From Antedon mediterranea (Eukaryota; Animalia; Echinodermata): 64,000 nt of DNA. Of the stretch, positions 19,747 through 31,900 are shown piece after piece. Both the position numbers and the translations under genes were made by a program. The stretch covers positions 10,912,001 to 10,976,000 of the forward strand of contig NC_092672.1 of NCBI RefSeq assembly GCF_964355755.1, written 5' to 3'. The notes beneath the pieces were generated by a model, which did no database searches, was not told the DNA's origin, and saw only the letters and a list, made by a program, of their open reading frames with translations. Position 1 is the stretch's first letter. Every line of letters starts with the position of its first letter.

Positions 19747-21316
19747 ACTATTGACGTCATTTAGGCCTATTTGATTTAAGAATTTGTTTAAATTAGTGGA
19801 CTGTACTGTATTGTCAGTAAAATTATCAATTGAAGCACAAACTTTGAGATAGTGCTTTTACATTGCACATTCAATTGATCATTTTATTTGGAAATACTTG
19901 CTGTATACCAGAACGCATAATATATACAGTAGTATGTAGGGCACCAACGAAAGACTTGACATTGTTCCTATTTTGGGCTTAACTTTCATATCTCTACTTG
20001 TTTCGGGTTTTCCTCATTTCCTTCTGGACTGGTGTCTGTAGTGAACTTGCCAATACAGTCGACCAAAATGCTGTATAGCCACCAGAATAGATTTCAAACC
20101 ATTAGTATGCATATGCTAAATTAGAATTGTATACAACTCGTCACGGTTAAGAAGGTATTTTCACACAGATCATGAGAAGTTTTATGATTATGCATACAGA
20201 GTAGCGAAACAAGCGCGTTTCATTATGGGTTATTTTTTTAAACAAAAAAACGTCTGTATTTCAGTTAAATTATTTTTTTTTTTGAAAAAATTTTGGTGAT
20301 AGTTAATAACTATTATGATACTTCAAAATGACCCACGTTTTTTCGAAATCTTTTATATTTTTTGTTGGAATTAGTCAAAGGGACAATACATCTTTAACAA
20401 TGAATTAGATTAAACCAAAATATGGCACGGGTGAAAAAAATATCCTCCTCGGGAAGTAAAAGAAGCCTACCAAAAGAAATCTGCTCTTTAGTATATAGTA
20501 CAACGCGAAAATTAGTTTAGAATAAAGATGATTGAAAAAATCCAAATCGGAGACAACCTGCTCCTTCAGTAACACTTATTTAATCACGATCGCTTATTGG
20601 TTGGAAATGAGACATTCCTGTTGCCGTGGAGATGCTTTAAATTTATTATTAATCCTAAAGTAATACCCACGTAGTTCGCAGTTGGTGGAAAGCTCGGGTG
20701 AAGTAGCTGGATAGATATTGAATACCGATCACATAAAATCAAATTAATCGTACACCCGTATTGGAAGGTATCTGAAGAATGTTTCGTTTTAAAGGAAAAT
20801 ACAGTAGGATTACGTAGAAACATCATTATGCTTAAGAATCACGTGGTCCTTGCATATACAGATATATCGGCAGCTGGAAGGTAAGAAGTAAAATGAAGAT
20901 TAATAACAATTTTTAGGCCATTCCACAGTTTTAATAATGTTACGTTGAAAAAGAAAATGTTTTCACTTACAAAAAGACAAAAACTGTTAAATTCAACTAA
21001 ACCCCCATTGACTTCCAGTCAATTTGACTATTCTTTGCCTTAAATTAGTTTTTTCAGGTAATAATTTCTTTTTTCGATAATAATATTAAGTGACATATTC
21101 AACAAAAACATCTTGACAAAATATTTTACAGGAGACATCAGCAAGAAGTTTACGAAGGCGAGAAATAGGGGTTGGGGCGAAAGGACGGTTATATATATAT
21201 ACTGTATATATAACGGGTGTTTCACGTTTTTGTATGCCTACCGGACAGGATGTTTCGTTCGTCTTACTCGCCATGCTAAGCGAGGAGTTTAATATGATCT
21301 CTCGCACTTTCTTTGC

Positions 21317-21378
21317 TCATTTTTTAAAAGCACACATCATTGTCTTTCATTTTTTAAAAGCACACATCATTGTCTTTC
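21317..21378. repeat. 30-bp tandem duplication
   Basis: TCATTTTTTAAAAGCACACATCATTGTCTT occurs twice in tandem. Confidence 0.85.
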
Positions 21379-21458
21379 AAAGTTTATATTTGTTTTAAAA
21401 CTTCAAATTGACCCAACTTGTAACCTCTTTTAAACTGGAATAAACGGCGCTTGTTTCA

Positions 21459-24400
21459 ATGTCAATATTGCCATTCGTCTATTATTTCCAAGGAACAAAC
21501 ACATTTTCGGGAAATTCTATGAGAATCAAGTAGACTACAGTAGAACAGATGCAATGACATTTTGAATAGACCAGTCTTATATTAGTGACGTACATAGGCC
21601 TATTCAGTGACTAAAACTTTCCATGATGATAATAATAAAAATGTTGATGTCAGCCGAAGTACTAACAAGTTGTGTTTTTTTTTTCTTTTTGTCGTTAGGC
21701 TTTGGCCTCCTAAATATAATCTCGCTTTGTAGACCAAATGACCAACTTAAATTCAAAGGCCATTTTTTAAAATCCTGTGTGTTTTCCCACTAATAGAATT
21801 AACATTGATAGGCCTACCGTTTGAAAAACATTGTCATTGACTTGAACAATTTGTATAAACCGGAAATGAAAACCGTTTTATTCATGGAGCTCTGTGCATT
21901 GGACTCCATGGTTAAATAATATTTGAATCAAGAATTCGTAGGGAAGACTTATTTTTGACTAGGCGACATTTTTTTTCATTATTTCTCACATCCTAGCCTA
22001 GATGATAAATAGCGGTTTTCTATTAATATTGAATCGTAAACAGCATTTAACAACATCCTACCGTCATTTTGTTAATGAATGTTTTAGCAAGCTCGGGGGT
22101 ATTTTTGTCTAAACCGCTATATAGATCGATACTCCAGCATTCAAAACTGTCGACAACACTGAAAACAGCGGACATGTCGTACTCTCATCTAATTGCTTTA
22201 ACTCGTTTAATTATTTTCATTCCTAGTCAAGCAGCTCTGAGTATTGACCACAAGGTGGAGAGACATTCGTTGGACATTCATGTCCTTGATAAACACCTGC
22301 CGGCCTGTACGCACCAACGACCCATCAAACCAATGGCCGCAGACCCACTGGTTATACAGGTGCTCAATTGTGCGTACGAACAGGTACCGAATTTTCTATA
22401 AATCTTCTTCCTTAAAAGTGCATTCACATCAAATAATAATAAATAATCAAGTGAATATTTCAGAATACGGTAGCTATTAATGTTTTACTTTAAAAACAAA
22501 ACACGTTGTTGGCCCATGGAGGTATACCTCATGGTTGGCCTAACATAATATTGTACCCAACCATGCTTCATGTACCCACCAAGGCAGTCTCAGCCTTGTA
22601 CCAACTAAGATAATAATTAGTCTCAGTACCACGTCATTAAAACTTCTTCTGCAAACATTCATGTATACATATTTTGATAAGATATGCTTCGACCGTTATT
22701 TCCACACGATAAAGTAGTAGGCCTACTGGCCTACAGCGTCTTTGTAAATTGATAGGTAGGGGATCAATGTGTGGGGAGATGGTGGTTCTATGGATGGGTG
22801 GGAGATCAATGGATGCGCAAACCATGCAGATACAATGCGAAAACTGATATGAACCAAAAAAATGTATTTTATTAATTCTCATGCATATTATAGCTATCAC
22901 TGATTGTCGTGAACACTCAATTATCGGGAAACGTCTGTTCTCACGTCATCAACGGTATCATCAATCATTGTGAAAATAGCAGGTAAAAATGATTATGTAG
23001 TAAGCTAGTACGTCTGTGTGAAAGTTCTATATATATCTAGATATATTTATAATGTTTTCCTTGTCTGTTCTTTCAAAGGACTAGACCTATTGGAAACAAG
23101 TCTCATTAGATGATGAGAAAGGAGTATCCTTGGCATCGCTTTTGTTTTGTTGTGTTGATGATGATGTTTCAATCTGTTTCCTGTTAACATATTCATTTTT
23201 TTTAAATTGATGTATGATGCTGAAATAAATGAATTCATAATTTGCGCTATCGCTGCTGTTCGTTTCCGTGTCATTCGTATTGTTTCGTTCAATGTTTGTT
23301 CATTCGTTCACTTTCTAAAATTAGTTTTCGTCCTAAACTATTATTGAGTTATGTTCCTTCTCACTTAAGCCACTGAATACCCACCAACCCTACCAGCAAC
23401 ACCCTCCCCTCAATCCAACAGCAATAACCCCAACCCGCCACCCGCCTACCATCACACCACAATCATAATCTAGACTATGATCAGTAAATAACGGTATGAA
23501 TAACTACAAACAATCTTTGCATTTTTTCCCCAGTGGGTTTGAATTTTTAACTGTGGTTGCAGCAGTCCACATCGAAGATAGAAAGTACGTACACAGGATC
23601 AAAGGCCTTCATGAAAACACATTCCGCTGTTCAAAGGGTAAATAAAAGCAATGGTTCAGCTTCTAAGCGTTTATCTATAGAATGTCCTTTACATTACTTA
23701 AACACTATCTTCCAAACAGCGCAATACAGAAACAGAATAGAAACACGCAGTGGCGTAACTGCTATGGGCTATTGGGGCCTGGAGCTTGCAGGAGCCCGGA
23801 GCAGAGCCCAGAGGAAACAACAGACTTTAAAATATGTCGAAAAAGGAGGAAAACATAGGCCTATAAGGCCTCCAGCGTGTCAGGGCCACTTAGGGTTCCT
23901 GAACCAGGGGTCTCAAATCTCTGTGGTACACCACTGGAAACACGGTTGTCCACAATAAAAACTATATCGGACATCGGAATTAGAGACGACGACGACGACG
24001 AATGAGACGCGGCAAAATCAATCTGACGTTTTAATTACAAGTTCTACAAAATACGGACGATAATTTCTCTATATTATATTACTGTTTTGAATATAATCGT
24101 TAAACTTTGATTTTTCTCTATTCATAGTAACACAATACCCTTCAATACCAGGCGATCTTCGTATATCAGATCCATTCCTGAACACAATTTTACAGTTTAT
24201 ATTAATAGAAGATTTTCCAGTCAGAATATTTACTGTTCCTGGGTTCAAATCATCGGGCGTGCCATCGATGCATGATGGGTCGTTACAGGTGACGAAGGGG
24301 AATTTTCAATTTACAGGACTTAAAAATTAGTTACGTCATGTTCAATCGCTATGCGAATGAAAGGGGTGGGGGCGTGCTTCCTCTTCATTTCCTGGGGGAA

Positions 24401-25708
24401 GCAGTTTTGGCTGGATTTTTGGTCCGGCCATGACGAATGATTATAGATTCTAGATTAAAATATATTATTTTAATAATGTTGCAGTTGCTTAATATGATTT
24501 GAACAATTTTACCCTCACACCTCATTACAATTCAAACGCCGCCCCACCATCAAAGTGTTTAACCTTTCATACGGTACCACCTACTATGGAATTAATTCGT
24601 TGGGCTTCAATATCCTTTTAATTTTCCGTCTAACTTCTACCTACTTTAATTAATGCTGAAATTAATATTAATTTAAAACCTAAAATCAAATAGATGCTAA
24701 GGAAATAATAAGTTTAACAAATACCATATAAAACAATTTCCGTTTAGTAGATTTAAACCTACATTTTAATATTCATTTCTTGAATGATATTTTTGCCACC
24801 TGGTGGTTTCCATAGATAATTGTTTGGTTCCCTATAGCGACACGCAACGTAAACGGAACCTACGCAACGGAAGACATTGCCCTTTCTAATAATTGTGTTT
24901 TCGCCCGCCTGCGTGAAATCAAACATGCGATGTTTGCATCACTATTGCGTAGTCAGTTCCTACGTGTGATTACGCAATACAGCACATTGCGTCAATACGT
25001 CGTGTTGCGTTCTTATAGTGGGAACCACGCTTTATAAACATTGACAAGTGATAAGCTACAGTATGTTAATGCATAGCTAGCTTATCACCATCTAAATGAA
25101 ACATACAGAACCTGTAAAAAAAATTTACAAGGAAAGAAATGTATTCATTTTGTTTTATTGATTACTAAGTTACACTATAATTTAAACCTGACGCGTAATC
25201 GCTTCTTCCTTTTTTGCAGAGTATTGAAGCTTTACAGATGGCATTAAATGAGTCTACTGCCCTCAACTTCAGCCTAGCAACTGCCAAGACATTGGTTAGA
25301 TTTCAGTTTTTTTTTCTATTTTCGCATGTTCATTGTTTTCCTTTAAACAAATTTTTGCGATGGAAAATAATAGTAAAGATGTGTCCCCCAAAAACATAAA
25401 AAAGATCGATTAAATTAGACTTTGAATAGGTTATTTTTTAGTTTTAATAAAGTTAATCACTTCCGTAGAAAAAAAAACAAAAACAAAAACGTTTTGCTCA
25501 TAAATTAACATAATAAATGGTTAAATTCAGCCAAAAATCCATTGGCTGGAAGCTAAATTGATCTTTTTTTGCTTTAAATATATCTTTAACTATTATAGAT
25601 AGTTTAAAACTTTATTTTGATTATAAGTGAATTTATAACGTTTTTAAAACCATATTTCAGGTTTACAATAGAAACGACAGGAAAAACAAAACGCAAATGT
25701 ATTCATGA
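21459..25708 (+). CDS. Uncharacterised 7-exon protein (~234 aa), PAC1/PAC2 proteasome-assembly-chaperone-like pattern, C-terminal HbYX-type tail (MYS)
   Basis: Exons 21459-21529 (weak donor, least certain), 22227-22383, 22894-22982, 23534-23637, 24128-24288, 25220-25294 and 25661-25708 (TGA). Intron phases 2,0,2,1,0,0 all match, giving a 705-nt open frame; acceptors are good YAG sites. The family assignment is inference. Confidence 0.75.
22515..22533. mobile_element. P-element-like footprint with 7-bp target duplication
   Basis: GTTGGCC|CATGGAGGTATACCTCATG|GTTGGCC. Confidence 0.7.
23748..23936. mobile_element. hAT-type MITE (189 bp)
   Basis: Termini CAGTGGCGTA/TACACCACTG with a perfect 8-bp target duplication GAAACACG. 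Confidence 0.85.
24821..25033. mobile_element. Sibling of the outer MITE at 9452-9964, without the nested insert
   Basis: Collinear blocks TTGGTTCCC, AATAATTGTGTTT, CGTGAAATCAAAC, TGTGATTACGCAATACAGCAC and TAGTGGGAACCACGCTTTA. Confidence 0.75.
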
Positions 25709-25719
25709 CGTTGATAGAT

Positions 25720-25757
25720 CATGGAGGTATAAAAATATCTATGTCTATACCTCCATG
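25720..25757. mobile_element. 38-bp P-element-like footprint or mini-element just after the stop codon of the hidden gene
   Basis: CATGGAGGTATA...TATACCTCCATG with 12-bp perfect arms. Flanks GATAGAT/GATACTG are only partly duplicated. Confidence 0.55.
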
Positions 25758-27858
25758 GATACTGGATCTAGCTAAGCAGACGGTATAGGCCTAAGAGAAA
25801 CATTAACATTATCAAATGGTTGTATGAGTGACTTAACGGTCAGGGAGGTACGTGGCCACAAATGTGAGACCGAGAGCCGAGACTTGCATCATCAAATATT
25901 ACTCAACTGCGGCTTACTTTCCTGAAAAAATGTCTGTCGAAGTTTTGAGTTACTGTATGATGAGTATCCATCGGATGCAGTGGCCGATTTAGATCGACAA
26001 AATAATTTCAATACATTTTACATATTATTTTTATCAATCATGAATGTTAAACATTTTTCTTATACTAGTAGCCTATCTGTATATAGGCCTATTCATTAGT
26101 ATTTATTATCAATGTTAGAGTTTTTATTAATATTATTGTAATCAATCGTATGCCTATTAGTTTAATGTAAATAGTAGACAAATAATAAGATGCTATTATT
26201 AGTTAATTATTTATGATAAAAAAACACATAAAGTTGGTACGAATCATTGAAATGAGAAGTCCAGCCCTAAACAGACAAAAATGTGTGAATTAAAGCTTTT
26301 ATCCGTTTTGTTAACTGTTAACAAAAACTGTGGATTCTTTTGAGTCATTGAGCCTATCTGATTTCACACCCCCAGTAGCCTATAGGCCCTTTGTCTGATT
26401 CTTGAGTTTATTTTAGTAGGCCTAGTTGAGATCCCCTTTTAAAATAAAACAATCGGGTGTTGGGAGGTGTCAAATCCTTGTATTCTTTCTCTAATAATAA
26501 ACAAGGTATGTGATCTGCACACACCCCTATGTGCCTACGTTCGACTTAAATGTTAAATCTGAGTTTTTAATTCACCCCCCCCCCCCTTTTTTTTTTGCGA
26601 CATGATTCAAATACTATATCATATGGGAGTTTTTTTAAAAAGCACTAGCCTATAGGCCTACAAATCCACCATTTACAGATTTAACGTGATAGCCTAATTT
26701 AAAAAATAAAAAAAGGAAAAAATTTCATTACACTGTTTGACTTGCGGATATTGGATGATACCACAGATTAGCTCCAGAAATCTAGTATTTTTCAGATGTT
26801 TTGCTAATAATTAAATGTAAATAAATTGAGAACATTTCTCGTTCGTAAAGCCTAATTCTTAGGCTAAATAACCGAGGCCTAGCACTGCCGTACTCGTTCC
26901 AAAGCTAAAGTCTATAATATTATAACTATGAGTTAAGTATGAACTTGATAAGTTAATACTTAAATTGTTATATTTTTAATTATTTTCTTAAACGTTTTAT
27001 TAAGTTTAATAAATTAATTTATTGATTTGTGTATGTGTCACTGATAATGTTCAAATAAAGTTGATGGACTAGCAAGCATGTTGGGCGCCCTCAAGTAAAC
27101 AGAGTTCATTAATCGTGAATTTAAACTAAACAAGAAAAAAAAAAAACGTCAATTAATACACCAATAATGAAAGTGGCGTTGCATAACAATGTCCAAATCC
27201 AGGCGGTCTAGGCTAGCATGACATACACATTTATAGGCAGATTCAAGGGTGTCCTGTTTCCCCATTTATAATTTTTAAGCCCTGGACTCCATTTTCAAAA
27301 TCTTAGGTTACGTTTTTTAAGCCTACAATTGTTTTTTTTTTTTCCATATAGACCTATTCTAGTGATATACGGTGGTATAATTCAGTAGGCCTATGTAAAT
27401 ATAAACTTATTCCAATATTAATTTGTATTTTATATATTTCGTCATTCAGTAACCCTTTTTAACACCGTAAAATAAATGTTGTGAAATTAGCTGGACTAAT
27501 TGAGTAATAGATAAGTTAAATTGAGTTTATTGGACTTTTACGATATTGATAAATATTAATTTATTGATGAACAAATAAATTCGAAATATTGAATTATGTT
27601 AATTAAAGTTATAATCACCTCACGTTGCAAACAGAAAAGAAACAGCCTGACACCAATTTAATTCAATGATTAGGCCTATAAGATTGACATTAATTATAAA
27701 TATTTATCATAAAGTAACATTTAATGGCAGCCACAATCAAAATACATACAGAAATTCAGGACTTACATGACATGTTTCTGTATTGTGTTTCATTTGGGGG
27801 CCGGTAATGATCAGTTCCCCTGGAACCGTTAGGCCACCCTGATTAAAGATGGTGTTAA

Positions 27859-27996
27859 AAACAACATGGCTTCAATTATAAAAAAACTGATTCTTTAACT
27901 ACTTTTATTAATTTTGCTGCTGACTTAGTACTAACGAAAGAAAGTAAGTATGGTATATTTATTCTGTTTAACATTTTTAGCATGACTTATGTTTGT
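27859..27996 (+). pseudogene. Frameshifted duplicate of the Eph first coding exon and its donor region
   Basis: Near-identical to 28901-29039. It is 78 nt from ATG 27866 to donor 27944 versus 79 nt in the intact copy, which creates TAA at 27896-27898. Confidence 0.85.
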
Positions 27997-28907
27997 TTGA
28001 TGGTAATAAATAAATAAATACATACAAACGGCTTAATTAATAAAAGACTAGACTATGCCTACAGAAAATGTGACAGTCAAACAGACTTAAAGATATCAAT
28101 ATATAGCTTTAATTAATTTAATTTGTTAACAGCACTGTACTGTTATCTCAGTATTCGAATAGTAGGATGAACTGATTAAATACGGTTAATGAACCCATAT
28201 TTATATGACGATAATAATGACATCATCATCTTTAAGATAAAGTTGTACAATAGTATAACTACATCCTTTAATTTTATATGGTATATCACACAAGTGTTAA
28301 CCTCAATTTATGAGCAGTCACCGAGGGACAACTGGTAGTTCACTCTTCCCTGATACAACCATACCACCATAGCACAACCGGGTAACTGAACGTCTATTAT
28401 AACCAATAATATAACACATAATATAATGATAATAAAAAAATATAATGTATATCTTTTAACAAGTAGAAAATATGGAGAAAATAAATTAGAAATCAATAAT
28501 TCGAAGGGCACTTAAAATCACCTTAATATTGTGTCACTTTTTTAGGCCTTAACTTTGTATTGTAGTCCTAGGCCCTACATAGATGCTGTTATTCATTCGA
28601 GAACGCAGTACCACCCAAAATTCTCTATAATATAAAACCAATTCACACTTCTTTGTTTTGTATATTGTTTTTATAAAAAACTTTCTTTCGGGGGCGCTTT
28701 TTTATCACTCCATTGTTGAAAACATTGAACGCTGAACTTCCCCAAGCAACAAATGGACGAATCCGAATAGATTCTTTTGAAGTGCACCGAACGCATGGCC
28801 ACTTAGAAACTTCTGAACTGTACTGGAGCACCACAGTACATAAGTACGAGCGAACGAGTAAACACGTTGCTATTGAGGAACAAAATAATGCTTATATCTC
28901 AAACAAC

Positions 28908-31900
28908 ATGGCTTCAATTATAAAACAACTGATTACATTAACTACTTTTATTAACTTTGCTGCTGACTTAGTACTAACGAAAGAAAGTAAGTATCGTATA
29001 TTTATTCTGTTTAACATTTTTAGCATGGCTTATGTTTGTTTTCTTGATCGTCTGCGCCGATATAGGACCACTTGCTGGTAGAGGAGCCGATTGGAATTGA
29101 CTATAAGAACTGCCTGGAGGCCTAGACCTTACAATGCTCGCAACTGCTCCTTTGTGAACTCTTTTTAGATCTTGTGTTCAGATATTATTCGTATTAAGTT
29201 TTTCATTATGACGAATATTTATTTAATCAGATTAAGTTTCAAAAACCTAAGAATTTCACCAGTTTTGCTCAAATAAAAACAGAAATCTGTCGCCCATCTG
29301 ACACTTTAGAATTATGCTGTTTACAAAATTATTAAAACGATGTTTAATTACAATACATTATATTAATATTATATAGAGCTTTTCAGTTTAGTTAGTTGCC
29401 ATATTATTGTTTCTTACTTGTTTCTTATATATTTTACAATTAACATGCACAGAATATTTGATTAAATTGAATTTATTCTCTACTTTCAGTTACAATTTAC
29501 GATAGTACAAAATATTCCAACCTAGCAGACTGGACTATATATCCAACTCCCAGCACTACAGATACATACACAGGGGTGAGTTAGTACACTTATACTTTAC
29601 ACTTAATACAGTAATTCACTATACTATAGTTTCCAAAATTGATTATTAACTATTAGGCCAAATAAAAAAATATACTTGTTAAGCGTCACACCCTCATAAA
29701 TTTTCAGGGGCGGGGGGACGGTTTTTTTTTTTTTTTTTTTACTTTTTATAGAGGTATATTTTTGCGCGGTGGACGTTTTGCCCCACTTTTTTAGGACGAA
29801 ACGTCAAACTTTTAAAATTCGAAACAGAACAGAATTGACTATGTATGAAATATTATTGCTTATGACAAAATTGAGTTTTGTATTGTTTATATCCAGACGT
29901 AATTAAAACATTAAATTTAATTGCCACCAAGCGAAATTGTAGGCCTTAGGCTAACTAATCCGTCCAAGGTGCTACCCCAACCTCACTCATCGGCCATCCG
30001 CCGTCTCTCGCTCGACTCATCTATCCAGGAAATTCCCTATCGCGAGAAGCATGATTTGGTCTCAATAATACTAAATAGTGGGCTGATTTATAGTTTGAAA
30101 ACAGCTTACGACATTTCTTAAGTGAATTTTCATTCAACGTATTCATTCTTCTTTGATGAATCCTTTGCCAATTGCTGTGTAAATCAGTATTTAAAGTTGT
30201 GATGCAAAAAGTGTATGTAATTATTCCAGGCAGGTAAACCAGGCATAAGGAAACCCATCGCCCAACAGGACCTCGTGGTGTGCCGATCTCGAGCGCGAGA
30301 TCATCGTAAACAAAATTGGTAGAGTCCATTATGTATGGGGTGTTTCCTATTTACGAACCTATAAAAAAACGCGCTTCGACCACTGTGTAGGGAAAATATT
30401 TATTTCGTTAAATCCCTAAATTGATAATCGCGTATTCTGTAATCACGTGACTGATGATGTAATCCTCAGCGACGTACTAAATGCACATGATTTAATGTGT
30501 TGGGGAAAAAGCTTGCTGTTTACCACATTACATGATTCACGGTGCTATTTGCGTTTCCTTTACGTAAATCGGCGGCGTGTAAATGAAACAATTGTTTTCA
30601 CCAATTTGCCGTTGTCGACATAGAGCGATCGGCGGCTAGCGTTGTCTAAGCTAAAAAGTATGTATTTTTTCAAAAATTACACTAGCCTAACAAACATTTG
30701 CTAGTTTTGAAATTTTCAAATAGCAATTATGAAGAATCTACTAGCAAAATGCTAGTTTGCTAGCGTGAATTTCGAGCCCTACTCTGGAGCTGGGTCGGGC
30801 CGCTGAACTTTCCGTTGTATATCGGTAAAAAAAAAATAAAAATAAAAAGAGAGGCGGCTGGATAATCAGGAGCGGGCGGTGACGCTTAACAAGTATGTTT
30901 TTTTATTTGGCCTTAATAATAATACAATAAATTAGTATTATATATATTTTTCATAAGCTTTCCTATTTAAAACAATTTAATTGATGTGTTAGTGAATATT
31001 ATAGCAGAGGACTTTACATAAATGTAATGTAGTTTAATGTATTAGATTTTAAAAATTATTTTCTTCTGTGTTGGACAACAATACAATGCTCGGTTTACTC
31101 TAGACTTACCTGGAATTAAGTATGGATTTAAGTTTGTATGTTTGTCAGGGGATTGGTATAAGTACTAAATGCAGTGACTAATCTGTTGTAAAGTAAAAGC
31201 ACAGACAGAAATAGCTAATACTTTGGACAGGTGTATTACACTAATAAAGATTATTAGAGTATTAAGACACATGTGGGACATAGAATGGAGTGACCATTTC
31301 TTCCTCTGTTACTCTCATCACTACCTGAACCAACATAATAAGCATCTAGAGGATGTTACCAAGGCTGCTCTAACTCCATTTCATGTTTTTATGCTCATTG
31401 TTGATGTTGTTAAGTCTTCCCTTGCAAAAACAGAACAAGATAATGGCTCTCCTAAGAAATCCTACAGTAAGTACACGACATAAAATTCTGTGATAAAAGA
31501 AGAGTTAGACATGTGACCTAACGTAGAAACTATTTGCGTGTAAATAAATCTCGTCGCTTTTGTCATTTACGACTAAAATTAATTTCTCCATTTGGTGATA
31601 GAGTGGCCACTGCGGTAGATTTAGCATTAGGTGAATGGTCTACCATACACACTGTACGGCGTAAAAGTAGTTAAATCACATTTTATGATGGTAGTTAAAG
31701 CTCCCAGATGAAAGAAGCACTTATTTTTCTTGGTGAAAGACCTGTGGTCATCACCCTTGTTGGTCAGGAATATTACATATTAAAAATTCTTGACCGGGCA
31801 CCAAAAGTTATTGACAGATAAAGTCACTAAATTACCATTAGGCATTACCTTTTAAAAAATAATAACTCTTACTAGATACAAATGTATTTGAAAAATAAAA

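Noticed and set aside
22227-22383. Selenocysteine reading (in-frame TGA in the KQL*VLTTRW frame)
   Set aside because: The alternative frame is fully open and phase-compatible with the exon at 22894, and no SECIS was seen.
24069-24305. Minus-strand open frame of ~78 codons
   Set aside because: Antisense shadow of the + strand exon 24128-24288; it is bounded by stops and lacks a usable acceptor.
28713-28907. N-terminal extension of Eph suggested by ORF 28713-29081
   Set aside because: It starts at TTG. The first ATG in this frame is 28908 (good context AACATGG), followed by a signal-peptide-like stretch.
31223-31483. Nested exon or gene in Eph intron 2 (86-aa ORF with a GTAAGT donor near 31468)
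   Set aside because: No recognisable motif, no good acceptor and no phase-compatible partner exons.
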